Assembly (NCBI GenBank): GCA_964648865.1
Contig: CAZYLV010000006.1
Coordinates: 1 to 61,212, forward strand
Origin: an uncultured Gammaproteobacteria bacterium
GTDB lineage: Bacteria > Patescibacteriota > Patescibacteriia > 2-12-FULL-57-11
Direction: 5' to 3'
DNA: 61,212 bases
The notes beneath the pieces are model-generated. The model was given only the letters and a program-made list of their open reading frames with translations, ran no database searches and was not told the origin of the DNA. The first letter of the stretch is position 1. The number at the start of each line of letters is the position of its first letter. The translations under genes were made by a program, and so were the position numbers. This document shows, in pieces, positions 37,696 through 46,679 of the stretch.

Positions 37696-38199
37696 ATGCT
37701 TCGCCTCTTCCGCTCCCAGCCTTACCTGCGCAATTTCATCTTCGGCGTCGAGGACTCCCTGGTCTCGACGGTCGGCCTGCTCTCTGGCGTGGCCATCGCC
37801 GGCGTGCCGCAGCGCACCATCTTGCTGACCGGCGTGGTGCTCATCTTCGTGGAGGCCTTTTCCATGGGGGTGGGAAGCTACCTCTCGGAGCAGAACGCGC
37901 AGGAGTTCACCCGTCGCGCCGAGCTGCCGGTGCGCCAGGCGGTCGTCGGCAGCCTGGTGATGTTCGTCTCCTATTTCGTCTCGGGATTCATCCCGCTCGC
38001 GCCGTACCTGGCGCTGCCGCCGGCGCTCGCCTTCCCGACGTCCGTCGCCGCCTCGCTGCTGGCCCTGTTCCTGCTCGGCGCGCTCGGGGCGCGGCTCTTC
38101 CGGATGTCGGTCGCGCGCCACGGGCTGGAAATGCTCGTCATCGGCGGCGCGGCCATCCTCATCGGCGTCGCCGTGGGCCGGCTGTTGCCCGCGGCCTGA
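37696..38199 (+). CDS. VIT1/CCC1 family transporter
   Basis: IFGVEDSLVST.GL, EAFSMGVGSYLSE and GFIPL.PY motifs. Confidence 0.9.
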   Translation: MLRLFRSQPYLRNFIFGVEDSLVSTVGLLSGVAIAGVPQRTILLTGVVLIFVEAFSMGVGSYLSEQNAQEFTRRAELPVRQAVVGSLVMFVSYFVSGFIPLAPYLALPPALAFPTSVAASLLALFLLGALGARLFRMSVARHGLEMLVIGGAAILIGVAVGRLLPAA

Positions 38200-38242
38200 G
38201 GCTTTACAGGCGTCCGCATCTCGGCTATCGTGTCCCTGCTTT

Positions 38243-38319
38243 GGGCGGCTAGCTCAGTTGGTTAGAGCGTCACATTGACATTGTGAAGGTCAGAGGTTCG
38301 ACTCCTCTGCCGCCCACCA
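38243..38319 (+). tRNA. tRNA-Val (GAC)
   Basis: TCACA-ttGACat-TGTGA anticodon arm; encoded CCA. Confidence 0.96.
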
Positions 38320-38321
38320 GC

Positions 38322-38396
38322 GCCGGGGTAGCTCAGTGGTAGAGCGCAGCCCTGAAGAGGCTGGCGTCGTCAGTTCAATTCTGACCCCCGGCACCA
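38322..38396 (+). tRNA. tRNA-Phe (GAA)
   Basis: CAGCC-ctGAAga-GGCTG anticodon arm; encoded CCA. Confidence 0.96.
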
Positions 38397-38456
38397 GAAA
38401 AGACGGTCACCTTATCGGTGGCCGTCTTTTCGTATATCCTTGTGGCGGAGGTGCGC

Positions 38457-39002
38457 ATGGCGCGTCCAAGGATCCTCTTCCTCTCCGCCATCACGGCGGA
38501 CGAGAACGGCGAACGGCACAGCGACATCACCGATCTGCTCCGCAGGAGAGGGTCGGTGGAGCGGCAGAAGACCAGCGGTTCCTACGCGATCGTCCCAGGC
38601 TCCGACCATCCCGGCGCCGTCGAGGTCGCCGGTCGGAGGCGTGACGAGACCCCGACGACTTTCATCACCGGCAAACTGGAACGGCGCGTCAGCCGTATCC
38701 GGCAGGCGCAGGCGGAGATCCGGACCCGCGCCGCCCAGTTGGTGAGGCAGGTCAACGAGGTCGATTGCGTGGTGGCCGAAGTGACGGTGCCCTGCGTCCA
38801 GCTCGGCATCCTCATCGGCCGGGCCGCGGCGCGCGGCACCCCGGTGCTCTGCCTACGGCGTGACGTCATGCAGTTGCCGCTGCTGCCGATCATCGAGGAC
38901 GACCCGCGCATCACGTTGTGCGACTTCGCCACCCCGGCGCAGCTGCACGATGCGCTCGAGACCTTCTTCCTCCGCCTGACGCACCAGGGCGTCGCGAAGT
39001 GA
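38457..39002 (+). CDS. Nucleoside 2-deoxyribosyltransferase/DNPH1-like protein, degenerate active site
   Basis: EVDCVVAEVTVPCVQLGILIGRAAARGTPVLCL resembles the NDT/Rcl core; GGAGGTG SD upstream. Confidence 0.55.
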   Translation: MARPRILFLSAITADENGERHSDITDLLRRRGSVERQKTSGSYAIVPGSDHPGAVEVAGRRRDETPTTFITGKLERRVSRIRQAQAEIRTRAAQLVRQVNEVDCVVAEVTVPCVQLGILIGRAAARGTPVLCLRRDVMQLPLLPIIEDDPRITLCDFATPAQLHDALETFFLRLTHQGVAK

Positions 39003-39051
39003 GCGGTCTCTTTTTTGTAGGCAAAACGCCCCGTCATGCGACGGAGCGTTT

Positions 39052-39126
39052 TGGAGCGGGCAGCGGGAGTCGAACCCGCGTCAACAGGTTGGAAACCTGT
39101 GGTAATGGCCGTTATACGATGCCCGC
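39052..39126 (-). tRNA. tRNA-Gly (TCC)
   Basis: Minus-strand cloverleaf with ACAGG-ttTCCaa-CCTGT and CCA. Confidence 0.95.
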
Positions 39127-39131
39127 GCGGA

Positions 39132-40094
39132 TCAGCGCATCGTCTCCTGGATGACCAGGAAGACGACGTACGCGGCGTAGAGCGCCGTGAACCCGAATCC
39201 CTGCCAGCGTTCAAGCGTGTGCCGGCGGCCGACGAACATGGCCAGGAACAGCAGGAGCATCGCTCCGATGGCCACAGCCAGGTCGCGGCCGAGCGTCGGT
39301 GAGGCCGGCAACGGCCGGACGGTCGCGCTGAGCCCCAGGATCCAGAAGACGTTGAAGATGTTGGATCCGACCACGTTGCCCACCGCGATGTCGACGTTCC
39401 TCTTGGCGGCGGCGACGGCCGATGTCACGAGCTCCGGCAGCGACGTGCCGACGGCGACGATGGTCAACCCGATGACGGCTTCGCTCACCCCGAGCGCCCC
39501 GGCCATCGAGACGGCGGCGTCGACCACGAGCTTGCCGCCGAATCCGAGCCCGACGAGTCCGCCTACGACGAGGAGCGACGCCAGCGGGAGCGGCACGGCG
39601 CGGACGTCCCCATCGCCACCCTCCACCTTGCCGATCCCGAAGGTGTAGTAGAGGAAGATGATGAAGAAAGCGATCAGCACCAGCCCGTCGATGCGGGTCA
39701 AGGCGGAGGAAGCGGCGCCGTCGATGGCCGCGTCCTGCATCATGACAGCCAGCAGCAGCACGGCCAAGAGGCCCAGCGGTATCTCCTTCCAGACCGTGCC
39801 TTTGGTCACGGCGAGCGGGAAGATGGACGCGGCGATACCGAGGATGAGCAGGACGTTGGCGATGTTCGAGCCGAGCACGTTGCCGATGGCGATGTCGCTG
39901 TTGCCCCCGGCGCTCGCGAAGAGGTTGACGATGAGTTCCGGCGCGGACGTGCCGAAGGCGACGATGGTCAGGCCGATGACCAGCGCAGAGACGCCGAGAC
40001 GCTTGGCGAGCGCCGACGCGCCGTCCACGAGCCAGTTGGCGCCGAAGACGAGCAGCGCGAGGCCGAGCGGGAGGGACAGGAAAAAGGGGAGCAT
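39132..40094 (-). CDS. Ca2+/Na+ antiporter (CaCA/YrbG family)
   Basis: Duplicated alpha repeats GTSAPEL / GTSLPEL and GNVLGSNI / GNVVGSNI. Confidence 0.94.
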   Translation of the reverse strand: MLPFFLSLPLGLALLVFGANWLVDGASALAKRLGVSALVIGLTIVAFGTSAPELIVNLFASAGGNSDIAIGNVLGSNIANVLLILGIAASIFPLAVTKGTVWKEIPLGLLAVLLLAVMMQDAAIDGAASSALTRIDGLVLIAFFIIFLYYTFGIGKVEGGDGDVRAVPLPLASLLVVGGLVGLGFGGKLVVDAAVSMAGALGVSEAVIGLTIVAVGTSLPELVTSAVAAAKRNVDIAVGNVVGSNIFNVFWILGLSATVRPLPASPTLGRDLAVAIGAMLLLFLAMFVGRRHTLERWQGFGFTALYAAYVVFLVIQETMR

Positions 40095-40106
40095 GGCGTT
40101 CCTTAA

Positions 40107-40182
40107 TGGTCGGGCTGGTGGGACTTGAACCCACGACCTCGTGCTCCCAAAGCACGCGCGCTACCGACTGCGCCACAGCCCG
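40107..40182 (-). tRNA. tRNA-Pro (TGG)
   Basis: Minus-strand cloverleaf with CGTGC-ttTGGga-GCACG and CCA. Confidence 0.96.
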
Positions 40183-40266
40183 CGAACCCCCGGAAGATAC
40201 AGGAAAACCCGGCTCCGGTCAATGATGACAGCGCAGACCGCGCGTGGTATCGTCCGGCAGGATTCT

Positions 40267-40929
40267 ATGGACATCTTGGGCACCGCGCTCGACGTCTTCC
40301 TGCACATCGACGAGCACCTCAACACGGTGATCGTCGCCGTCGGGCCGTGGACGTACGTCATCCTCTTCGCGATCGTCTTCGCCGAGACCGGTCTCGTCGT
40401 GACGCCGTTCCTGCCGGGCGACTCGCTCATCTTCGCGGTCGGCAGCATCGCCGCGCTCGGCACCCTCGACGTCTGGTTGGTCTACGTGCTGCTCTTGGCC
40501 GCGGCCATCCTCGGCGACGGCGTCAACTACTGGATCGGTCAGCGTTTCGGCGCGGCCATCGCCGGATACGCCAACGGACGCTGGATCAAGCAGGAGCACC
40601 TCGAGAAGACGCGGGGCTTCTTCGCCAAGCATGGCGCAAAGACCATCGTGCTCGCGCGCTTCATGCCCGTCATCCGCACCTTCGCCCCGTTCGTCGCGGG
40701 CATCGGACGCATGCCGTACGCCACCTTCGCCACGTACAACATCCTCGGCGCCTTCATCTGGGTGACGCTCTTCACCTGGGGCGGGTACTGGTTCGGCAAT
40801 GTCCCTTGGGTGCGGGAGAACTTCGAGTACGTCATCCTCGGCATCGTGGCCACCTCCTTCCTGCCGCCGGCCTGGGAGTGGCTGAGGCGCCGTCGGCGCC
40901 CGGCGGCCGCGCCCGACGTGATAGCATAG
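40267..40929 (+). CDS. DedA family membrane protein
   Basis: FAETGL...FLPGDSL and ARFMPVIRTFAPFVAG motifs. Confidence 0.95.
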   Translation: MDILGTALDVFLHIDEHLNTVIVAVGPWTYVILFAIVFAETGLVVTPFLPGDSLIFAVGSIAALGTLDVWLVYVLLLAAAILGDGVNYWIGQRFGAAIAGYANGRWIKQEHLEKTRGFFAKHGAKTIVLARFMPVIRTFAPFVAGIGRMPYATFATYNILGAFIWVTLFTWGGYWFGNVPWVRENFEYVILGIVATSFLPPAWEWLRRRRRPAAAPDVIA

Positions 40930-40933
40930 GGGC

Positions 40934-42436
40934 ATGAAGCCCACCGCGCGTCTCCTGGCCCGCTGGATCACGCCGGCGCTCGAGCGGGCGCTCCTTGCGC
41001 CTTTCGCCGCGCGCTTCCCGGCGGGCGAGATCTACGTCGTCGGCGGCGCGGTGCGCGACGCGCTGCTCGGCCGCGACGGCCGCAAGGATCTTGACCTCGT
41101 GGTGCGCGGCGTGCCGGGCACCGCGCTTGAGCGTTTCCTGAAGACCCGCGGCCGCGTCCACTACGTCGGACGGACGTTCGGCGTCTGGAAGTTCCGGCCG
41201 ACCGGCGGGACGGAGGAGGTCGACATCGCCCTGCCGCGTACCGAGGCCCCGATGGGCACGGGCGGGTACCGCGACGTCATCGTCAAGAGCCGGGCCGACC
41301 TGCCGATCGCCGACGACCTCGGGCGGCGCGATTTCACCGTCAACGCCATGGCCTGGTCGCTCACCGCCGGGCGTCTCGTCGACCCGTGGAAAGGCATGGC
41401 CGACCTCTCGGCGCGGCGCATCCGCGCGGTCCGCGACGCCGACGAGCGCTTCCGCGAGGACGCCACGCGCGTCCTCCGTGCCCTGCGGTTCGCCGTGGAG
41501 CTCGAGGCGACCGTCGTGCCCTCCACCTGGGCGGCGCTCAAGCGCCACGTGCCGCAGCTCGTGGCCGAGCGTGACGGCCGACCGGTCGTGGCCCGCGAAC
41601 TCGTGGCCAAGGAGCTCCTCAAATCCCTGGCCGCGCGTCCGGCCGCGGCGATCCGGCTCTGGGACAAGGCCGGTGCGCTCGACGGGCTCATGCCGGAGGC
41701 CATCGCCATGAAGGGGTGCCGTCAACCCAGGAATTACCACAGCGAAGGCGACGTCTGGCGGCACGCGCTGCTGGCCCTCGAGACGCTCGAGACGTCCGCA
41801 TTCCGCCGCGAGTTCCCGTCCGGCTGGGACGTCGAGACGGCCCTCGCCGTGTTCCTGCACGACATCGGCAAGCCGCCCTGCCAGCTGACGCCGGCCCGCG
41901 ACAAGGTGGCGCGCATCACCTTCCCTGGCCACGACGTGAAGGGCGCCGAGCTCGCCGCGGCCATCATCGACCGTCTGGCGCTCGCGAGCTACAAGGCCCC
42001 CGGCGTCGACGTCGACCGCGCACGTGTGGCTGCGGCCGTCCGTCACCACCTCATCGCCGTCCACGGGAACCCCAAGGAGATGGCGGCGACGACCGTCGAA
42101 AGGCATTTCTTCCGCGATCCCAAGGCCGCCGATTTGCTGTGCAAGCTCATGTACGCCGACGGCGCCTCGACCATCAGCGACACGGGCCGCCCGCTGCTCG
42201 GCGCCTATCGCGCCATGAAGAAGCGCATCGCCGAGGTGGCCGGCGCGCGCGCGGGCAAGGGCCGGCTCCCGCCGCCGCTCCTGCGCGGCGACGAGGTCAT
42301 GCGGGCGCTCCACATCGCCGCCGGACCGAAGGTCGGGCAGGTCCTCGGCTCGCTGCGTGAGGCGCAGCTCTCGGGTGCGGTGCGGACGGCGGCGCAGGCG
42401 CTCAAGTGGGTGATCCGGACCTATGGCGGGCAGTGA
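40934..42436 (+). CDS. cca: CCA tRNA nucleotidyltransferase with HD domain
   Basis: VGGAVRD, DLD, DL.RRDFTVNAM, F.EDATRVLRALRF and HDIGKP motifs. Confidence 0.9.
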   Translation: MKPTARLLARWITPALERALLAPFAARFPAGEIYVVGGAVRDALLGRDGRKDLDLVVRGVPGTALERFLKTRGRVHYVGRTFGVWKFRPTGGTEEVDIALPRTEAPMGTGGYRDVIVKSRADLPIADDLGRRDFTVNAMAWSLTAGRLVDPWKGMADLSARRIRAVRDADERFREDATRVLRALRFAVELEATVVPSTWAALKRHVPQLVAERDGRPVVARELVAKELLKSLAARPAAAIRLWDKAGALDGLMPEAIAMKGCRQPRNYHSEGDVWRHALLALETLETSAFRREFPSGWDVETALAVFLHDIGKPPCQLTPARDKVARITFPGHDVKGAELAAAIIDRLALASYKAPGVDVDRARVAAAVRHHLIAVHGNPKEMAATTVERHFFRDPKAADLLCKLMYADGASTISDTGRPLLGAYRAMKKRIAEVAGARAGKGRLPPPLLRGDEVMRALHIAAGPKVGQVLGSLREAQLSGAVRTAAQALKWVIRTYGGQ

Positions 42437-43355
42437 GGTGCGCGTCGAGGGGTGGGGGACGGGCCAGCGGCTCGACGTCTACCTGACCAAGGCCGGACAC
42501 TTCCCCTCGCGCAGCAAGGCCCGCGAGGCCATCGACCGCGGGGAGGTGCTCCTCGCGGGCAGGCGCGTCGCCGCGCACGCGCTCGTCTCCGAAGGGCAGG
42601 AGCTGGCCTTCCTCGGTCACGTCGTCGTGACCGCGACACGGCCGGCCGCGCCGCCGCTCGCCGTCGTCCATGAGGACGAGGACTACGCCGTCATCGAGAA
42701 GCCGGCGGGCGTGGTGGTCCACGACGGCCCGGGGGTGCGCGGCGCGCTGCTGACCGACGCCGTCCTGGCGCGTTATCCGGAGGCCGCCGCGGCGGGCGAG
42801 CCGGGACGCCCCGGCATCGTGCATCGGCTCGATCGCGACGTCTCGGGGCTCCTCGTCGTGGCGCGCACGCCTGCGGGGTATGCCCACTTCACGGACCTCT
42901 TCGCCCGGCAGCGGGTGACCAAGGTCTACACGGCGCTGGTGCACGGCGTGCCGGCCGAGGAGTCCGGGGAGATCCGGCTCAAGATCGGCCGCTCCACGCG
43001 CTACGCCCGCATGGCCGCCCGTCCCGAAGGCCAGGAAGGCAAGGCGGCCGTCACGCGCTACGAGGTGCGGGACCGCTTCCCCAACGCCGCGCTGCTGTCC
43101 GTCCGCATCCTCACGGGCCGCACGCACCAGATCCGCGCCCATCTCTTCGCCATCGGGCACCCCATCGTCGGCGACACGCTCTACCCGATGCGCAAGAAGA
43201 CCTCGCTCGCGCTCGGGCGTCCCTTCCTGCACGCCGCCGAGCTGCGCTTCACCGATCCGTCGGGCGTGGAACGCACCTTTGTGAGCCCCCTGCCGGACGA
43301 TCTCGCGGCGATGCTTGACGTCCTGCGCCGGAAGTACCACCATCGGGGCGTATGA
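42423..43355 (+). CDS. rluD: RluA/RluD family pseudouridine synthase with S4 domain
   Basis: RLDVYL S4 domain, IVHRLDRDVSG, TGRTHQIR and GD.LY motifs. Confidence 0.9.
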   Translation: MAGSEVRVEGWGTGQRLDVYLTKAGHFPSRSKAREAIDRGEVLLAGRRVAAHALVSEGQELAFLGHVVVTATRPAAPPLAVVHEDEDYAVIEKPAGVVVHDGPGVRGALLTDAVLARYPEAAAAGEPGRPGIVHRLDRDVSGLLVVARTPAGYAHFTDLFARQRVTKVYTALVHGVPAEESGEIRLKIGRSTRYARMAARPEGQEGKAAVTRYEVRDRFPNAALLSVRILTGRTHQIRAHLFAIGHPIVGDTLYPMRKKTSLALGRPFLHAAELRFTDPSGVERTFVSPLPDDLAAMLDVLRRKYHHRGV

Positions 43356-43894
43356 TCGTGACCGTCTCCGGCCTGCCCGGTTCCGGCAAGAGCACCGTCG
43401 CCAAGATGCTCGCCGCACGCCTCGGCTACCGCTTCTTCTCGATGGGTGACCTGCGCGGCAAGGCTGCGCTCGAGCGGGGCCTGACCATCGACGAGTTCAA
43501 CGCGCTTCCGGAGAACACCGACGCCGCCGTCGACGACTACCAGAAGAGGCTGGGCGAGACGGAAGACGATCTCGTCATCGACGGGCGCATCTCCTGGCAC
43601 TTCATCCCCCGGAGCGTCAAGGTCTTCCTCGACGTCGATCCGCAGGTCGCGGCCGAGCGCATCTTCGCCGGCAAGCGCGGTGCGGACCGCGGCGACGAAC
43701 CGGAGTACGCGGACGTCGCCCACGTCCGCGACACGCTCGAGCGGCGTGTGGCCAGCGACGCCGCGCGCTACCGCGCGCTCTACGGCATCGATTTCGCCGA
43801 TCGCTCCGTCTACGACCTGGTCGTCGACACCAGCCGGAAGACGCCGGAGGAGACGCTCGCGGCCATCCTCGCGGCCCTCCCCCGGGGCGCTTGA
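43352..43894 (+). CDS. cmk: Cytidylate kinase, archaeal/COG1102 type
   Basis: ITVSGLPGSGKSTVA, D..VDDYQ and VIDGRIS motifs. Confidence 0.85.
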   Translation: MIVTVSGLPGSGKSTVAKMLAARLGYRFFSMGDLRGKAALERGLTIDEFNALPENTDAAVDDYQKRLGETEDDLVIDGRISWHFIPRSVKVFLDVDPQVAAERIFAGKRGADRGDEPEYADVAHVRDTLERRVASDAARYRALYGIDFADRSVYDLVVDTSRKTPEETLAAILAALPRGA

Positions 43895-43941
43895 CGCCCG
43901 GCGCGGCCTCGGCTATCCTTCCGGCATTCCTCACCTCCCGT

Positions 43942-44274
43942 ATGGCTGACGAGCAGACGAAAACCCCCGACCTCAAGCCCGGCATGACGGTGGCGGTGCA
44001 CACCCGCATCGTCGAGCCCACCGCCAAGGGCGAGGAGAAGGAGCGCATCCAGGTGTTCGAGGGCATGATCCTCGGCATCCGCGGCGCCGGCGCATCCAAG
44101 AGCTTCACCGTACGCAAGGTTTCCCACGGCGTCGGCGTCGAGCGCATCTTCCCGGTGCGTTCCCCGATGATCGCCAAGATCGTGCCGCTCAAGCAGGCCA
44201 AGGTGCGCCGCGCCAAGCTCGGCTACCTGCGGACCTCCAAGAAGCGCCTCAAGGAGACGGCGCTCGCGAGCTGA
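43942..44274 (+). CDS. rplS: 50S ribosomal protein L19
   Basis: ERIQVFEG, FTVRKVSHGVGVERIFP and KVRRAKLGYLR motifs. Confidence 0.98.
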   Translation: MADEQTKTPDLKPGMTVAVHTRIVEPTAKGEEKERIQVFEGMILGIRGAGASKSFTVRKVSHGVGVERIFPVRSPMIAKIVPLKQAKVRRAKLGYLRTSKKRLKETALAS

Positions 44275-44278
44275 AACG

Positions 44279-44304
44279 AAAACCGCCCCAGTTGGGGCGG
44301 TTTT
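44279..44304. terminator. Bidirectional terminator
   Basis: AAAACCGCCCC-agtt-GGGGCGGTTTT between convergent genes. Confidence 0.75.
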
Positions 44305-44306
44305 GC

Positions 44307-46664
44307 TTAGCGTCCGAAGTCCTGTTCGATGGTCGTGGTGCCGTCACGGGCTGCGGGGGGCGAGTAGTCGCCGGTCGCGGCGATGGGCGACCCGACCGCG
44401 TAGTCGCCGAAGGTGCTCTCGTTGAGGTCGTCGATCTGCGTCGCCCAGGCGCTGCCGTAGAGCCCGGCGGCCACGGCCTCGCCCGCGAGCGCGCGCAGCA
44501 CGCCGCGCTCCAGCGCGTAGACCGACGGCACGCTCGGCACCTTGACGAGCCGCACCCCCGGACGGTAGCGGACGTTGGCCCCCAGCGGGATGGCCGCGAG
44601 CGACGCCTCATCCAAGGTGATGACGCCGGAGAAGTCCGCGAACCAGGAGCGGTAGGTCTTTTCGTTCGGGAAGGCGTGGCGCTTGCCGTCGGCGCCGTAG
44701 TGGTAGACGGCGCGGCAGCGGTGGAAGGCGTCCGGTGCGGCGGGGCAGGCCAGCTTGAGCAGCGTCCCCGGCGCGTAGGCCAGGCCGCCGCTCCCGCCAG
44801 TCGTGAAGCTCACGGTGATGCCGCCCGTCAGCGGCGTGCCGTCGATCGTCGCGGTCAGGGTCGCGGCGCCTGGCGCGGTGGAGCGCAGCGTGAAGACGGC
44901 CGCGCCGCTCGCGTCCGTCGTGCCGACGGTGGCGCTCCAGGCGTCAAGCGCGCCGCGGCTCGATGCCACGGAGACGCCGCGTCCGTTGAGCGGGTTGCCG
45001 GCGGCGTCCCGGGCCGTTACGGTGACGGTGACGGCCGCGACCCCGTCCGCGGCCACCGCTCCGGGCACGGCGACGATGGTCGAGCGCTCGGCCGAGACTG
45101 CCGCCTGGCCGGAGGCGCGCCCGGCCAACGCGCCGGTCGGACCCTCGGCGTCGACGCGCAGGACATAGCGGTACGGCCCGCCGCTCTCGATGTAACCGAT
45201 GGCCTTGGGGTCGGCGGCGCTGCCCCAGGAGACCAGTCCGCCCTTGACGATCCGCACCCAGTAGCGGCCGGTCGGCAGGGCGAATTTGGCCGTGCCGTCG
45301 GTGCCGGTGAGCCTGCTGGCGTCCGTCAGGCCGGCGGTGCGCAGGTCGTTTGCCAAAGCCGTGCCGTACGTCTCGGCCGTATAGATGCCGACGCTGGCCT
45401 CCGGGACCGGGACGCCCGCGGCGTCGAAGACCGTGACGTACATGCCGGCCTCGAGCGGCGGGCCGTCGACCGCGGCACCCCAGGTGCTGCCGGTCGGACC
45501 GTCGTAGTCGACGGTGGCCTGGCCGACGGCCGAGATGTCCACGCGTACCGCGGCGTTGGCGTAGCCGTTGACCTGCGCGGTGAGTTGCGCCGAACCCGGC
45601 GTGGCGACGATATACCACTCGTTGCCGGACCTGCGCATGCCGAGGATGTCGGTGCCGCTCGCCAGGAACGGGGGATCGATGTCCGGGGTCGAGGTCGGGG
45701 TGATGGTGCCGCCGAACTCGTCGGCGATGCCGAGCACCCGTACCGCGAAGAGGTGGCCGGTGAGGACCGCGGTCTGCACGCCGGTCGCCGCGGCGGGCGG
45801 GGCGGCCGCGCCGGTCACGTAGTCCACGTAGCCGGGACGGGTGACCCGGACGGTCGAGGCGCCAGCGCCGACCGGAACCGGGCAGCCGTAGAGGTTGGTG
45901 CCGGTCTGGTTGGGGCAGGCGATCTGCGCGCCGGACTGGAAGAGGGCGCTGCCGCCGCTGCCGATCAGTTCCTGGCCGAATTGGTCCCGGCCGAGCACGA
46001 GCACGCTGAATTGGTTGCGGGAGTTGTATGTGCGCTGCGCCTGGTCGCCCGCGCTCGGGACGGTGATGTCGGCGTGCGTGGTGTTGAGATATCCCAGGCT
46101 GCCGAGACCGGTCACGGTAATCGAGCCGTCGCTGCTGCCGATCGGCACCGGGAACCCCAGCTTCGTGTTGTCGGGCGAGCGCACCCCCGCGACCGTCGTC
46201 CCGTCGGTGAAGGTCCCTGCCGCGTCCGGAGCGGCGAGTTGTGCCTCGCTGAACTCGTCGGTGAGGCGGACCATCACGGTGAAGCGAACCGTCGCGATGA
46301 AGGTGTTCTCGCGCGCCGTGTCGTAGAAGGTCTGCTCGAGCCAGTTGAGGTACCCGGCGCCCGCGAGGTTCTCGACGCGCACCACCAGGTCGTCGGCGAT
46401 GTCGCAGGATGCGGCCACGGCCGGCGTGATGAGGATGGTGCCGTCGGTGGCGTCGAGGTCGTCGGCGCTCTCGTCGGTCACGCTCTGTTCACCGCTGCCG
46501 CAGCTGTAGACCACCGTCCCGCCGAGGATGGGGTTGCCGAAGTCGTCGCGGACGTGGACGCGGATCTGCCCCTCGGCGGCCGCGGCCGAGGAGGGCAGGC
46601 ACGCGCCGGCGGCCAGCAGCAGCAGCGCGACCAGCAGGGAACGGCGCAGCAGCGCGGCACGCAT
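44307..46664 (-). CDS. Large secreted surface protein: Ig-like/invasin Big_1 domain plus conserved C-terminal module
   Basis: Signal peptide, beta-rich repeats, Big_1-like ADGVAAVTVTVTARDAAGNPL...TTDASG.AVFTL, and the shared C-terminal module. Confidence 0.8.
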   Translation of the reverse strand: MRAALLRRSLLVALLLLAAGACLPSSAAAAEGQIRVHVRDDFGNPILGGTVVYSCGSGEQSVTDESADDLDATDGTILITPAVAASCDIADDLVVRVENLAGAGYLNWLEQTFYDTARENTFIATVRFTVMVRLTDEFSEAQLAAPDAAGTFTDGTTVAGVRSPDNTKLGFPVPIGSSDGSITVTGLGSLGYLNTTHADITVPSAGDQAQRTYNSRNQFSVLVLGRDQFGQELIGSGGSALFQSGAQIACPNQTGTNLYGCPVPVGAGASTVRVTRPGYVDYVTGAAAPPAAATGVQTAVLTGHLFAVRVLGIADEFGGTITPTSTPDIDPPFLASGTDILGMRRSGNEWYIVATPGSAQLTAQVNGYANAAVRVDISAVGQATVDYDGPTGSTWGAAVDGPPLEAGMYVTVFDAAGVPVPEASVGIYTAETYGTALANDLRTAGLTDASRLTGTDGTAKFALPTGRYWVRIVKGGLVSWGSAADPKAIGYIESGGPYRYVLRVDAEGPTGALAGRASGQAAVSAERSTIVAVPGAVAADGVAAVTVTVTARDAAGNPLNGRGVSVASSRGALDAWSATVGTTDASGAAVFTLRSTAPGAATLTATIDGTPLTGGITVSFTTGGSGGLAYAPGTLLKLACPAAPDAFHRCRAVYHYGADGKRHAFPNEKTYRSWFADFSGVITLDEASLAAIPLGANVRYRPGVRLVKVPSVPSVYALERGVLRALAGEAVAAGLYGSAWATQIDDLNESTFGDYAVGSPIAATGDYSPPAARDGTTTIEQDFGR

Positions 46665-46679
46665 ACGCGAAGGGCCGCG

